A stretch of 64,000 nucleotides of DNA from Escherichia phage ECO4. Positions 29,679 through 39,725 of this stretch are shown piece by piece. The DNA lies in the sequence record NC_054911.1, one strand, 5' to 3'. The position numbers and the translations under genes are program-made. Positions within the stretch are counted from its first letter, which is position 1, and every line of letters starts with the position of its first letter. The notes beneath the pieces were generated by a model. It did no database searches and was not told where the DNA came from. It saw only the letters and a program-made list of their open reading frames with translations.

Positions 29679-29978
29679 TTATTTTAAAACTTCTGTGTAA
29701 TCACATGTTACAAACTGTTTCTCTAGCTTGACGATTTTACGAAAGTATCTTTTACATTGACGAATCTGTCGCTTAGTAGGGCGCACAGCAAACTTAATAA
29801 ATTCCACTCGACCAAATGGAGGGCTTTCTTCTGATGGAATATCTAACACCAATTCCCACGTATCTGCAATAAGTGCTTTGAATTGAGTATTTTTCCTAAC
29901 GTTATACGGAGTAGGTTTAAATAAAACAATATGCATATTATCCTCGGCAATCCACTTCACATACTTTCTTGTCATCAA
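29679..29978 (-). CDS. Hypothetical basic protein (99 aa), 61.4-like position
   Basis: ORF adjacent to dmd. Confidence 0.55.
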   Translation of the reverse strand: MMTRKYVKWIAEDNMHIVLFKPTPYNVRKNTQFKALIADTWELVLDIPSEESPPFGRVEFIKFAVRPTKRQIRQCKRYFRKIVKLEKQFVTCDYTEVLK

Positions 29979-30120
29979 TGAAAGCTTTAACTAATGCTTT
30001 ATTAACTTCAGCATACTGAGTAGTAGCCCATTGAACGTCATCTTTCATCATTGTGGTTTCTTTAGTAAACATGCTTTCATTCTTAAACCACCCCATAAAA
30101 ACTACCTTTACCAATTCCAT
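29938..30120 (-). CDS. dmd: Dmd antitoxin-like protein (inhibitor of RnlA/LsoA)
   Basis: 60 aa, immediately next to gene 41 as T4 61.5. Confidence 0.7.
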   Translation of the reverse strand: MELVKVVFMGWFKNESMFTKETTMMKDDVQWATTQYAEVNKALVKAFIDDKKVCEVDCRG

Positions 30121-30147
30121 AACAATCTCCTCATTTAACCAACAAGA

Positions 30148-30179
30148 CTACTATACCATAGTCTTGTCAGCTTGTAAAC
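30148..30179 (-). promoter_or_regulatory. T4-type early promoter upstream of dmd
   Basis: GTTTACAAGCTGACAAGACTATGGTATAGTAG. Confidence 0.5.
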
Positions 30180-31606
30180 TAAAATTTTAATTCATTTGCC
30201 AAAGCATCTAACTGAGCTCGAGTCGATTCGTTTCTTTGATAGCGATTCTGCTCAGCTTGTATCTGTTGTGAACCTGCTACCTCACTCACTTCAGTTGGAG
30301 TAGAATCTTGTTCAATTTCTACCCATTTCTGATTTCCTTTTTGAACACCCATCAAAAACTTATTCCACTTGTTCTTATCACCATATCGTGATTTGATTTG
30401 CTTAATGAGTTGTTGTTCAGCAGCTGCTAACTCCTCGGTTTCAATGACTGCAAGCATAAAATCAGCTGTTGCTGGAAGACCGGCAGATTCTGCAATATCG
30501 CTCATGTTAACATCAGAAGAATCCCAAGCTTGTTTACCAACCTGTGCTGCAGTCCAAAGAACAGTTTCGGTTTCAACAGCCAGAGCACGCAATTCCTCTG
30601 CAATAGCTTTAACAGTTGTGTAACTATTTTCTGAATAAACTCGGATGCGACAAGATTTACAAATACCCAGATAGTCGACAATAATGATTGTTGGAACAAA
30701 ATTCTTCTTGAGCTTCAATTCGTTTAAAAGTGATCGAAATGTATTAGCATCTGCTCCACCGGTAGGATACTGTTTAACGATTAAACGACCGAGAGTAGAT
30801 TTCTCACACCATTTTTCCATTTTTCCTTTATACTCAGCGTAAGAAATATGCCCATCATCAATGTCATCAAGAGAAACATCAAGCATATTAGCATCAATAC
30901 GCTTAGCACAGACTTCTTCTGCCATTTCCATGGAGATGTAAAGAACATTATGTCCGAGCTGTAAATAATCTGCTGCCAATGAACACAGACCTAATGACTT
31001 ACCAACGTTAACGCCAGCCATTAAAACGTTCAGTGTTCCAGTCTCAGCTCCGCCTTTAGTAATTTTGTTTAGAATTCTGAGTTTAAATGGAACCTTACGA
31101 GCTTTATTCATATAAGATAGCCAACGTGCTTCGTAGTCATCCATCCAATCATGACCAACGTAACTATCAAATGAAATTGATAATGCTTGGCGCATGATGT
31201 CAGGAATAGCACCAACATCCGGCATTTTCTTATTTCGTTTTTCCGGAGGAAGCTCAGCATTAGTTTGAATTTCGATTATTTTAGACGTAGCATTAAACAT
31301 CGCCCTTTGCTGAACATATTTTTCTGTTTCTTTTACTAACCAACTGTGGTCTTCTGGAGAATCGGCTAGTTTTGAAATAAGTGTTTTTACACCAGAATAT
31401 TCTGTTTCAGTAAATGAACTATTTTCTAATGCAACATTTAACGCATTAATAGATGGAACGCTATGGTACTCATTAACATGAGATTTAATTAATTTGAATG
31501 TATTTTTAGCTGGACCACTTTCAAAATATTCTGAATCCATATACGGCCAAACTTTTGAAAAATAAGCTTGATCAAATATGAGATGAGAAAGAATAATTTC
31601 TACCAC
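30179..31606 (-). CDS. 41: Replicative DNA helicase gp41 (DnaB family)
   Basis: 475 aa, Walker A GVNVGKS, matches T4 gp41. Confidence 0.95.
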   Translation of the reverse strand: MVEIILSHLIFDQAYFSKVWPYMDSEYFESGPAKNTFKLIKSHVNEYHSVPSINALNVALENSSFTETEYSGVKTLISKLADSPEDHSWLVKETEKYVQQRAMFNATSKIIEIQTNAELPPEKRNKKMPDVGAIPDIMRQALSISFDSYVGHDWMDDYEARWLSYMNKARKVPFKLRILNKITKGGAETGTLNVLMAGVNVGKSLGLCSLAADYLQLGHNVLYISMEMAEEVCAKRIDANMLDVSLDDIDDGHISYAEYKGKMEKWCEKSTLGRLIVKQYPTGGADANTFRSLLNELKLKKNFVPTIIIVDYLGICKSCRIRVYSENSYTTVKAIAEELRALAVETETVLWTAAQVGKQAWDSSDVNMSDIAESAGLPATADFMLAVIETEELAAAEQQLIKQIKSRYGDKNKWNKFLMGVQKGNQKWVEIEQDSTPTEVSEVAGSQQIQAEQNRYQRNESTRAQLDALANELKF

Positions 31607-31615
31607 ACTTACTCC

Positions 31616-31978
31616 TTAAAAGAATTTAAATTTTTTCTTTGACCTTTTATTAAATGCATCTTGTAGTTGCATTGTAATACATTTTTCTACATGAGGAGCT
31701 AACTCAGCTTTTCTTTCTTGGTCAAGAACAGCAAAGTCCATTACGACTTTTCCATCAACCCAATCTAATTTTGTCACATACACAATGTGTGTAGAACCAT
31801 CTTCTAGTTTAATGACAATCTCCTGGATAACATTTTCCATAGCGGATTTAATTATCTTAAGAGACTCATTAAAAAGACGTTCTTTTCTTTCTTCTTCCCC
31901 CTCCGAAGAGGGGGATTCATCGATAATTTCTAGATCTAAGTCTAAATCATCTTTATTCATTAAATTCTTCCATATCAC
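31616..31978 (-). CDS. 40: Head vertex assembly chaperone gp40
   Basis: 120 aa ORF between uvsX and 41. Confidence 0.7.
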   Translation of the reverse strand: MIWKNLMNKDDLDLDLEIIDESPSSEGEEERKERLFNESLKIIKSAMENVIQEIVIKLEDGSTHIVYVTKLDWVDGKVVMDFAVLDQERKAELAPHVEKCITMQLQDAFNKRSKKKFKFF

Positions 31979-33134
31979 TTAACTGTTCGAGGTCAGTTTC
32001 TAAATCAGCAGCTGATTTACTTTTACTTTCTGGAGATTTAAATTTTTCAACCTTTGAGTTAATCAATTCATCAACTTCAGCTTCAACAATTTCATTACTA
32101 TCAATAGCACCTAACTGATAAGCACGTTTAATAGCATCACGGAATGGTTGATGCTTAAATAAAGGACCCCAGAATGTAGTGCAGTTGGTATCTTTTGCGC
32201 GCCAAGATTTTTCTTCGCGAATCATCTCACCAGTTTCTTCATCAAGAAATTCACGAGCATACCAACCATTTTTAGGTTTTACCACGAATCCTAATTCTAG
32301 AGCCATATCTAACAATCCAGAATAAGGATCGATACCGCCGTCAAATTTAACATCAATAAAGAATTTACTTTTTTCTTTAACGGTACGAGATTTTTCTACA
32401 TTTAGAACAAATTGATACCCTTGAAGATCAGAACCATCTTTAATCTGACGTTTACCGATAATAAATACGGTATCAGCCGAATACATTACGCCTGTACCAC
32501 CTGTCATCACGGTTTTACTAAACATTTCAATTGTTTCAATTGTATGGTTAACCGCAACACATGGAATATTTTTAATGCTAAAGTAAGGAGTAACAATACG
32601 GAATAATGACTTCAGTGATTTAGCACGAGTCATATCTGCCACAGATTTTTCATTCAAGGCATCTTCAGTTTCTTTCTTAGAAGCCATATTACCGATTGAG
32701 TCGATGAATACAATAACTTTTTCACCGCGCTCAATAGCTTCAAGCTGATTCACCATATCAATTTTTAGCTGTTCAACTGACTGAATCGGCGTATGAATTA
32801 CTCGTTCTGGGTCAACCCCCATGGATCGCAAATAAGCTGGAGTAATACCAAATTCGCTATCATAGAATAGACAAACCGCGTCAGGATATTTGTTCAAATA
32901 TGCCGCAACCATAGTCAAAGACATATTTGATTTAAAGTGTTTAGAAGGCCCTGCGAAAATAGTTAAACCAGACTGCATACCGCCATCAATCGCACCAGAA
33001 ATAGCAATATTAAGCATTGGAATTTTTGTACGGATTACATCCTTTTCATTAAAGAATTTAGATGTAGTCAGTTCAGCAGTCATTTTAGAAGTGGAAGCTT
33101 TAATCAAACGGGATTTTAAATCTGCAATAGACAT
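31953..33134 (-). CDS. uvsX: Recombinase UvsX (RecA-like)
   Basis: 393 aa, matches T4 UvsX; acidic C-terminal tail. Confidence 0.95.
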   Translation of the reverse strand: MSIADLKSRLIKASTSKMTAELTTSKFFNEKDVIRTKIPMLNIAISGAIDGGMQSGLTIFAGPSKHFKSNMSLTMVAAYLNKYPDAVCLFYDSEFGITPAYLRSMGVDPERVIHTPIQSVEQLKIDMVNQLEAIERGEKVIVFIDSIGNMASKKETEDALNEKSVADMTRAKSLKSLFRIVTPYFSIKNIPCVAVNHTIETIEMFSKTVMTGGTGVMYSADTVFIIGKRQIKDGSDLQGYQFVLNVEKSRTVKEKSKFFIDVKFDGGIDPYSGLLDMALELGFVVKPKNGWYAREFLDEETGEMIREEKSWRAKDTNCTTFWGPLFKHQPFRDAIKRAYQLGAIDSNEIVEAEVDELINSKVEKFKSPESKSKSAADLETDLEQLSDMEEFNE

Positions 33135-33211
33135 TCATTTTTTCCATAGGCATCATTATATTTTCCTCACTGGTTAAAGATAGGGTAATTATAACACAAT
33201 AAATTTAGGCA

Positions 33212-34060
33212 TTAATCAACTGCTATTGGATGAATAGCATTAAACTTATGAAATGCTTCTGATTTTTCTTTACGCGAAACACACATGCGAAGAACCTTTA
33301 ATGGTTCATCTTCTTCACCCAACGATTTTCGTTTTTCAATATTAGAAGTTTTCCAACGAGCTTGCTCTGGAAACTCTCTATTGATTTGCTCAAGCGCTCT
33401 ATTATGTTTAGAATTACTACGAATTGAACTGCACCCGCCAGGAGCTTGTGCTTTTCCGGATACAACCAGATATTTGAACAAGGCCAAATGTGGATAACCT
33501 TGATTAATTAAATTGAGAAATGCATACATATCTTCGCATAAATCAATTTTTCCATACCCAATTTGTTCTGTCGTAAGTTTTCCGAGGTCATACCATGTAT
33601 TCGTGAATCCATATGAATTTTCACGATAATTACCCCAAGATGAAGTAATTTTAAAAATAGGTAGACGAGCATGGCCATGATAATACCCACAATCCATGGC
33701 ATCCTCAACATATTGAATCAATTCATAGAACTGTTCACGAGTTAATTGATTGACTTTATCTACGCAGCGTCGATCATCTCTTTTTCGCATTGAACTCATA
33801 CGAATAGTAGTATCATCGTCAATCATCCAGATTCGTTGACCTGCATACATATCAGTAATTGCTTTACGAGTACCGGCAATTCCGTTTACATCATCAGGAA
33901 TAGTTATAATTTTAGCTTTAGACCCATAGGCATCATAATAAGCTTTTTCTTCATGTTCACGCACTACAATATGGGGTTCATAATCAGTCGGAAACATATC
34001 AAGGGCAGAAACTGCCCCGACACGCTGATAACTTGGAATTACGAATTGAATCATTTCCAC
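33212..34060 (-). CDS. Putative glucosyltransferase (282 aa, not T4 beta-gt type); candidate beta-1,6-glucosyl-alpha-glucose transferase
   Basis: Occupies the beta-gt locus between uvsX and 42; DDD motif (WMIDDDTT) typical of GT-A enzymes; T4 beta-gt is 351 aa. Confidence 0.55.
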   Translation of the reverse strand: MEMIQFVIPSYQRVGAVSALDMFPTDYEPHIVVREHEEKAYYDAYGSKAKIITIPDDVNGIAGTRKAITDMYAGQRIWMIDDDTTIRMSSMRKRDDRRCVDKVNQLTREQFYELIQYVEDAMDCGYYHGHARLPIFKITSSWGNYRENSYGFTNTWYDLGKLTTEQIGYGKIDLCEDMYAFLNLINQGYPHLALFKYLVVSGKAQAPGGCSSIRSNSKHNRALEQINREFPEQARWKTSNIEKRKSLGEEDEPLKVLRMCVSRKEKSEAFHKFNAIHPIAVD

Positions 34061-34791
34061 TCACCTTTATAGTCTTTTTTCACAATATGAGTTTCGCCAG
34101 TATTCCACCAATGATCAACCAAGTAAAAATGACGAGAATATACATGAAGACTTCCAACATTCCATATAATAGAACCTGCTTTATACTGACGAGTTGAATC
34201 GCCTGCATTCAAATCAGATACTAATTTATCTAATACGTATTTTTGCCATGCATAATCATTACGGAATCCGAAGACCACGTCATTTGAGCGCATGCTTACT
34301 ACTGCATTGACTTTCTTATCACGAATCAGGTACTGTACTGTATTAGTACACATGAAATCTGACATACCATCTTTATTGTAGTCAAATTGCATAGATGGAC
34401 GAGTATAAATCATGATACCACGTCGAGAATCAGGATTTTGACCAAGTTCAGCTAAACACATATCATACTGAGCATAGTTATCTTCTGACCAGATAGCCCA
34501 ACCATAATTCGAGTTAATTTCACCTTTAGAAGATGCTACTTGTTGCCAAATCTTCGGTGTTTCACCTGGAATATCTTTAACAAACAAGCTTTTAGATTTA
34601 TACCATTCAAGTTCACGCTGAATGTATTCATCATTAAGAGCGCCAAAAATAAACGGTTCATCTGCTACAAATGATGCGCCAATAATTTCAATAGTTTTAA
34701 CACCAGTTTTATCAACTACGAAATCTTTTTCTTTTAATGCAAGCCCCAAATGAAGACGGATTTCTTCAACTGTCATAGAGTCACTAATCAT
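34051..34791 (-). CDS. 42: dCMP hydroxymethylase gp42
   Basis: 246 aa, thymidylate-synthase fold, matches T4 gp42. Confidence 0.95.
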   Translation of the reverse strand: MISDSMTVEEIRLHLGLALKEKDFVVDKTGVKTIEIIGASFVADEPFIFGALNDEYIQRELEWYKSKSLFVKDIPGETPKIWQQVASSKGEINSNYGWAIWSEDNYAQYDMCLAELGQNPDSRRGIMIYTRPSMQFDYNKDGMSDFMCTNTVQYLIRDKKVNAVVSMRSNDVVFGFRNDYAWQKYVLDKLVSDLNAGDSTRQYKAGSIIWNVGSLHVYSRHFYLVDHWWNTGETHIVKKDYKGEWK

Positions 34792-34898
34792 TTAAACCTC
34801 AATTGATACATTCATATTTAACTTGTAACAGTAATAAACTCCAACCTAAAATAATAGTTGGAATCATAAGAGGAACCGTTACACTATAGTATATACTT

Positions 34899-34924
34899 AT
34901 TATAATCATCAAGATTAAAAGCAA
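34899..34924 (-). promoter_or_regulatory. MotA-dependent middle promoter for gene 42 (MotA box TTGCTTTTA, then TATAAT)
   Basis: Minus strand CATTGCTTTTAATCTTGATGATTATAAT. Confidence 0.5.
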
Positions 34925-34944
34925 TGCTGCTATAATTTTGCTTT

Positions 34945-35196
34945 TCATTCCTTCTCTCTGATGATAATTACCTGATTTGGCTGCGCAGACTTTTTAGTTT
35001 CACCAGCAATTGACCAAATAAATGTAATAAACCAACCAATAATTGACCAGTTAAACAGTAAAGATGTGAAAAAGATTCCTACTGTCGATTTTGACCCACG
35101 CATCAAGGCGATAAACCATGGAAGCATGTATATAATAATAGCCAACACGCCTGAAACTAAAACCATAAAAATTGAACCTGCTACTAAAGTTTCCAT
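34945..35196 (-). CDS. imm: Immunity to superinfection membrane protein Imm
   Basis: 83 aa, two TM helices; position between 43 and 42. Confidence 0.85.
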   Translation of the reverse strand: METLVAGSIFMVLVSGVLAIIIYMLPWFIALMRGSKSTVGIFFTSLLFNWSIIGWFITFIWSIAGETKKSAQPNQVIIIREKE

Positions 35197-35203
35197 GTTT
35201 TCC

Positions 35204-35584
35204 TCACTTAGTCAAATTTTTTACACATGAATTATAAGAATTCACTACATACTCCATCGGAGCATTTTTACCAGTACGCCATTGGTAATTATTAGCCCAA
35301 TTTGCCCAAAGCATGGCGCAGTAGTTTTCAATTTTTTCTTCGCGTGTAATTACATCTGAATTACGATATGCTTGAGCAGATTCATCTGGACGAATAGCTT
35401 CGTCAAAATTCGCCTGCATTTGTTCTACTGTTTGCTTTGGAGCTTCTTTATAACACTTGATATTAGGATTATAAAATTTGCTTGAACAGTTTACAATTTT
35501 TCCTGCATCAGACTGATTTACTACCGGTCCTTGAGCTACACAACCAGTAAGACCTAATGCAATAACCAAAATAGCGATTTTCAT
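35204..35584 (-). CDS. Putative lipoprotein (126 aa)
   Basis: Signal peptide with lipobox LTGC. Confidence 0.6.
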   Translation of the reverse strand: MKIAILVIALGLTGCVAQGPVVNQSDAGKIVNCSSKFYNPNIKCYKEAPKQTVEQMQANFDEAIRPDESAQAYRNSDVITREEKIENYCAMLWANWANNYQWRTGKNAPMEYVVNSYNSCVKNLTK

Positions 35585-35594
35585 AATAATTTCC

Positions 35595-35831
35595 TCAAAT
35601 GCAAGTAGTAATTACTCCAGTAGTGCTTATGCAGGTATTACCCATTTGCACACCTAAAGATCCATTTGTATTCACATGAAGATTATCGTCAATTTTAACT
35701 GATATTTTACCATTAGTGTGAATAACGGTGCTAGATTCAATCACAGGTTGAGTATCATTTTCAACACTAACAAATGGAACTGCTGCTAATGCAACTAAAC
35801 AAACTGCTAAGCATCCCATAACAATTTTCAT
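35595..35831 (-). CDS. Secreted small protein (78 aa)
   Basis: ATG 35831 with SD GGAG; signal peptide. Confidence 0.55.
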   Translation of the reverse strand: MKIVMGCLAVCLVALAAVPFVSVENDTQPVIESSTVIHTNGKISVKIDDNLHVNTNGSLGVQMGNTCISTTGVITTCI

Positions 35832-35865
35832 TTCATTCTCCAAATCCGTATCAGTAGTTGATAGT

Positions 35866-35898
35866 TGTATAGTACCATAGAAGAACAGGGATGTAAAC
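35866..35898 (-). promoter_or_regulatory. T4-type early promoter (one of three near-identical cassettes)
   Basis: GTTTACA ... TGGTACTATAC. Confidence 0.55.
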
Positions 35899-35977
35899 AG
35901 TTTTGTGAAAAAATTTTTAGGGAATCCAAAGGGTCCAGAATCATCTCTTTTTCATAAGTATAGATTTATATTACTTG

Positions 35978-36000
35978 TATGAAAAAGGGACCCGGAGGTC
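35978..36000 (-). terminator. Rho-independent terminator after gene 43 (GGGACC-TCCG-GGTCCC then T5)
   Basis: Stem-loop plus U-run on minus strand. Confidence 0.6.
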
Positions 36001-36015
36001 CCTAGATTTATTCTA

Positions 36016-38712
36016 TCAGCCAAACAGGAAGTCTAACGAAGCTTTTTCTTCATAGTCCATGCCAGCCGATTCACACATACCCGCAAGCGGTTTAACAAAC
36101 GATTTTTGGAACAAAGTTGAGTAGTCAATCCAAGACAGTACGTCAGAACGAATTTCTTTTGGAAGTTCTGTACCCGACGGCCAAGCAATGCATTTGTCAC
36201 CAAATGGATTTCCTTCACGCAATGGAAGAACCATTACTTTATTTCCATCCAAAATTGGAGCTACACCTAAACCGCTAACAGCTCGACGATAAGTTAGCAC
36301 ACCGCGAATATGGAACGGGCATTTAAATCCTGGCCAACCTTTATCATCATATTTCGCTATATCGTTCGCAGTTTTTACTTCAGCAATAACTTTATAGTCA
36401 AGTTGACGATATTCTTTCTCGAAGTTCTTGTAGTATTCTTGGACAGACTCTTCACCTTCTTGAAGAATACGACGAATACTTTCTTCGAGAGCTTCTTGCA
36501 CTGCTTTTGGTGTTGAACTCTGCTGAGTTTCCATACCCATGATTTTTAGATGCGGTTCAGCAAATCGTTTATCTTCCATATCATAAACGTTCAGAGCATA
36601 ACGCTTTTTCGCTTTCCAAAATCCACCAACACCCTTTGAACCAAGTGGAGGGCAAGAAATAGCTTCACGGTCCATATGCATCAGATGCTCGCGGTTATTC
36701 ATATAATCACATAACTCACGATATGCAACATCAATCATAGGTTCCATCTTTTTCTTACCGAACTGATTCATGAATTCAACTAAATCGTTCTGCTCTTTGA
36801 ATCGGTCAAGACCAACTTTTTCAATAACTTTATCTACACAAACATATACCGAATCAGTATCACCTGCTGCGATGAAATCTTCACCATTAGTTCCGCATAC
36901 TTTATTCAGATATTCATTAATTTTACGAGCAATCCACTGAATACCAACTTGGCCGAAAATTGTGATAGCAGTAGCATTTCGCAAATCATAGTAACGAAAA
37001 TGAATATTACCAAGAGCACCGTAAAGACTGTTAATAAGAATTTTACGGTTCAGCTGATTTGTGTTAGCAAGTGTAGCTGCTTTTTCACATTCTTCAATCA
37101 AACTATTGAGAACAGATTCGGTGTAATTCGATAGTTCATTTAAGAAATCATCACTGAACTTAACATATCGTTCAACTTCAGGTTTAGTTGAACAAGACCC
37201 TGCGCCTTTCATAATAATCTTTTTAATAGCTTCGGCATTCATTTCTTCAGCGAACATTTTCTTTTTCCAATCTTTACGCTGGAAAAATACTTTAGCGATT
37301 TCCTTTGGAATGATACCTTCTTGATGCTTATCATACATCCATCCATTCGGAGAACAAGAATATTCATCACTCGGTTTAGGAGCTGTTCCTGCAATATATT
37401 CATGAATTGGATGAACTTTAAACTGCCCACGAATAGTCTCAGGACTAATGTTAACCTGACGAATAATGCTCGGATACAGAGACGTCAAGTCAAAACTCAT
37501 AATATATCGACGAGCAATTGGTTTAGGTTCAAACACAAATGCACCCGGAAAACTCTGTTTAACGTGCGAACCCTGTTGAGGAATAACCTTATGTTCACCT
37601 TTCAATGAGTTAAAAATAATGGCATCCCAGGTTTTAATAGGACTCATTACACCAGAAAAAGGCATTTTAGCGTAATAAGACATACTTAAAACTAGATCGA
37701 TAAACCCGCGAATTTTATCAATTGCTTGAACTGATTCTACGTCAATGATGTTATAACTAATGTATCGTTGATGATTAGTCTCACGAAGTTTATTAATAGG
37801 ACCGTCGTATGGTAATTTACCTTTTTTGGTTTCATGCTGAGCAACTGATTCCAAAGAGAATGACGGCAAATTAGTAAATGCGAATTTCTTATACAAATCT
37901 AAATAATCAAGAATAGATACGCCATCAATAGAATAAATTTCTTTGCTACCGTACATATTTTGGATAAGTTTAGATTTTACTCGACCGATTGGAGAGAAGC
38001 GTTTCATACTACGTTCACCGAGAACCATTTTAACGCGATTCATGATATACGGAACGTCAAATCCCTCAATATTCCAACCAGTAAAAATAGCAGGTCGTTT
38101 CTGTTCCCAAAGATTAATATATTCCATGAGCATATCACGCTCATTATCGAATGGCATATAAATTACTCGGTCAAGAATTTCTTGAGGAACTTCATCACCA
38201 CCTTCACAGTCAAGCTTAGCAGCTAACTTTGCATCCCATTTTGATACTGAACCATACATTGAATTCAAAAGGTCGAAAACATAAAAACGATCGTCAATTG
38301 AATCATAATGAGTGATAGCATCAATTTCATATTCTGCTTTCATTGGGTCAGGAAATTTATCACCAGTAACCTCAATGTCACAGTTAGCTACACGAACAAA
38401 TTTTCGGTCATAAACAATTTCTGAACCATATGTATCACTGATATAAGCGAGTTTAAAATCGTTCATACCGAGAGCTTCGAGACCGATGTCTTCCATTCTC
38501 TTCATCCAATCTCGAGCATCTTTCATTGATGGAAATTTTTGAGGAGCGCAGTTTTTACCATAGATGTCTTTGTACTTTGACTCTTCCTTACAATGCCTAA
38601 ACATAGTTGGAAGATATTCTACTTCACGAGTACGTTCCTTTCCGTTTTCATCAATATAACGTTCAACAATGTTATTTCCGACTGTTTCGATAGAGATATA
38701 AAATTCTTTCAT
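36016..38712 (-). CDS. 43: DNA polymerase gp43 (family B)
   Basis: 898 aa, exonuclease and polymerase motifs (YGDTDS), matches T4 gp43. Confidence 0.95.
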   Translation of the reverse strand: MKEFYISIETVGNNIVERYIDENGKERTREVEYLPTMFRHCKEESKYKDIYGKNCAPQKFPSMKDARDWMKRMEDIGLEALGMNDFKLAYISDTYGSEIVYDRKFVRVANCDIEVTGDKFPDPMKAEYEIDAITHYDSIDDRFYVFDLLNSMYGSVSKWDAKLAAKLDCEGGDEVPQEILDRVIYMPFDNERDMLMEYINLWEQKRPAIFTGWNIEGFDVPYIMNRVKMVLGERSMKRFSPIGRVKSKLIQNMYGSKEIYSIDGVSILDYLDLYKKFAFTNLPSFSLESVAQHETKKGKLPYDGPINKLRETNHQRYISYNIIDVESVQAIDKIRGFIDLVLSMSYYAKMPFSGVMSPIKTWDAIIFNSLKGEHKVIPQQGSHVKQSFPGAFVFEPKPIARRYIMSFDLTSLYPSIIRQVNISPETIRGQFKVHPIHEYIAGTAPKPSDEYSCSPNGWMYDKHQEGIIPKEIAKVFFQRKDWKKKMFAEEMNAEAIKKIIMKGAGSCSTKPEVERYVKFSDDFLNELSNYTESVLNSLIEECEKAATLANTNQLNRKILINSLYGALGNIHFRYYDLRNATAITIFGQVGIQWIARKINEYLNKVCGTNGEDFIAAGDTDSVYVCVDKVIEKVGLDRFKEQNDLVEFMNQFGKKKMEPMIDVAYRELCDYMNNREHLMHMDREAISCPPLGSKGVGGFWKAKKRYALNVYDMEDKRFAEPHLKIMGMETQQSSTPKAVQEALEESIRRILQEGEESVQEYYKNFEKEYRQLDYKVIAEVKTANDIAKYDDKGWPGFKCPFHIRGVLTYRRAVSGLGVAPILDGNKVMVLPLREGNPFGDKCIAWPSGTELPKEIRSDVLSWIDYSTLFQKSFVKPLAGMCESAGMDYEEKASLDFLFG

Positions 38713-38771
38713 AGATATTCCTTAGTTTATAGCCCGAGTTATTAGGCTCTTGATATATTATACTCCAAATA

Positions 38772-38790
38772 AGGGGCCGAAGCCCCTTGC
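38772..38790 (-). terminator. Hairpin GGGGC-CGAAG-CCCC after regA
   Basis: GNRA-like loop hairpin immediately after regA stop. Confidence 0.45.
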
Positions 38791-39159
38791 TTAATTACCA
38801 ATCGTATATTTAGGAACGAGTTTCCATTCATGTTTTTGTTTAAAAGAAATAACTCGGAAGTTATTAGTTAAATCTTTCATAAAAGTTCTTTGACCAGGGA
38901 CGATTTCAATCAGTCCCCAATCTTCTAACAGCCATGCAATCGAATCACGACGAACTTCATCTTCTTCTGTCATTTCAACTTGACGGCCATCCATACGAAG
39001 CATTTCTTTAAAATGAACGATATAGTATAGTCCTTTTTTCTGAAGAATATGACAGGACTGATACAGAACTTTATCTTTATTATTAGCAATTCCCATACGA
39101 GTCAAAGTTTCTTTTACTTTCAGAAAATCTTCAGGTTTTTTAAGAGTAATTTCAATCAT
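38791..39159 (-). CDS. regA: Translational repressor RegA
   Basis: 122 aa, matches T4 RegA. Confidence 0.9.
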   Translation of the reverse strand: MIEITLKKPEDFLKVKETLTRMGIANNKDKVLYQSCHILQKKGLYYIVHFKEMLRMDGRQVEMTEEDEVRRDSIAWLLEDWGLIEIVPGQRTFMKDLTNNFRVISFKQKHEWKLVPKYTIGN

Positions 39160-39160
39160 T

Positions 39161-39724
39161 TTACCATTCCAATGCTAGTTTTTTGAGTTGTTTCTGTTCT
39201 TTTACGTTCTTAGTCACTTCTTTCAAAAAATCATCCGTGACTAATCCTTTAAGTTCTTTTAATACTAAAGGTAGTTTTCCATTTTTAGTAAGAATTGATT
39301 TATAGTTAATTGCATCATTTGTATTAACTTGATAACGCTTAGCAAGTAACTTAATAATCAATACTTCGGTGGAATCTTCAACTAGTTTTGCCCATTTACC
39401 ATATCTTTTACCACGAGGAACTGCAGCCATTAGATAATTAAAATGGGCTTCATCACTTAAGCCTGATCCAATTAAATTCATAGCATATACAGCCGGCATG
39501 CACTCTGGAAATTGTGATAATGCATTTTCAACCATGAATTTTGAATAATCTTTTTGAGCAATAGAGCATTTAGTTTTATTATTAATAGCTCCAATTATTT
39601 CAAAAAACTCATTTTCAGCTTTTTCTTTAAAAGAATCAGCAGCGGATTGGACAGCTGTCCAATCTTTTGAATACCAAGCAACTTGATGCTCGTTTAATTG
39701 AATATCATCTTCAAATAAGCTCAT
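39161..39724 (-). CDS. 62: Clamp loader small subunit gp62
   Basis: 187 aa from ATG 39724 ([22 protein letters not shown]...), ATGA-coupled to gene 44. Confidence 0.9.
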   Translation of the reverse strand: MSLFEDDIQLNEHQVAWYSKDWTAVQSAADSFKEKAENEFFEIIGAINNKTKCSIAQKDYSKFMVENALSQFPECMPAVYAMNLIGSGLSDEAHFNYLMAAVPRGKRYGKWAKLVEDSTEVLIIKLLAKRYQVNTNDAINYKSILTKNGKLPLVLKELKGLVTDDFLKEVTKNVKEQKQLKKLALEW

Positions 39725-39725
39725 A

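Noticed and set aside
36033-38226. ORFs overlapping gene 43 on either strand (for example 36033..36218, 36310..36516, 37321..37608, 37960..38226)
   Set aside because: Embedded in the DNA polymerase ORF; no independent support
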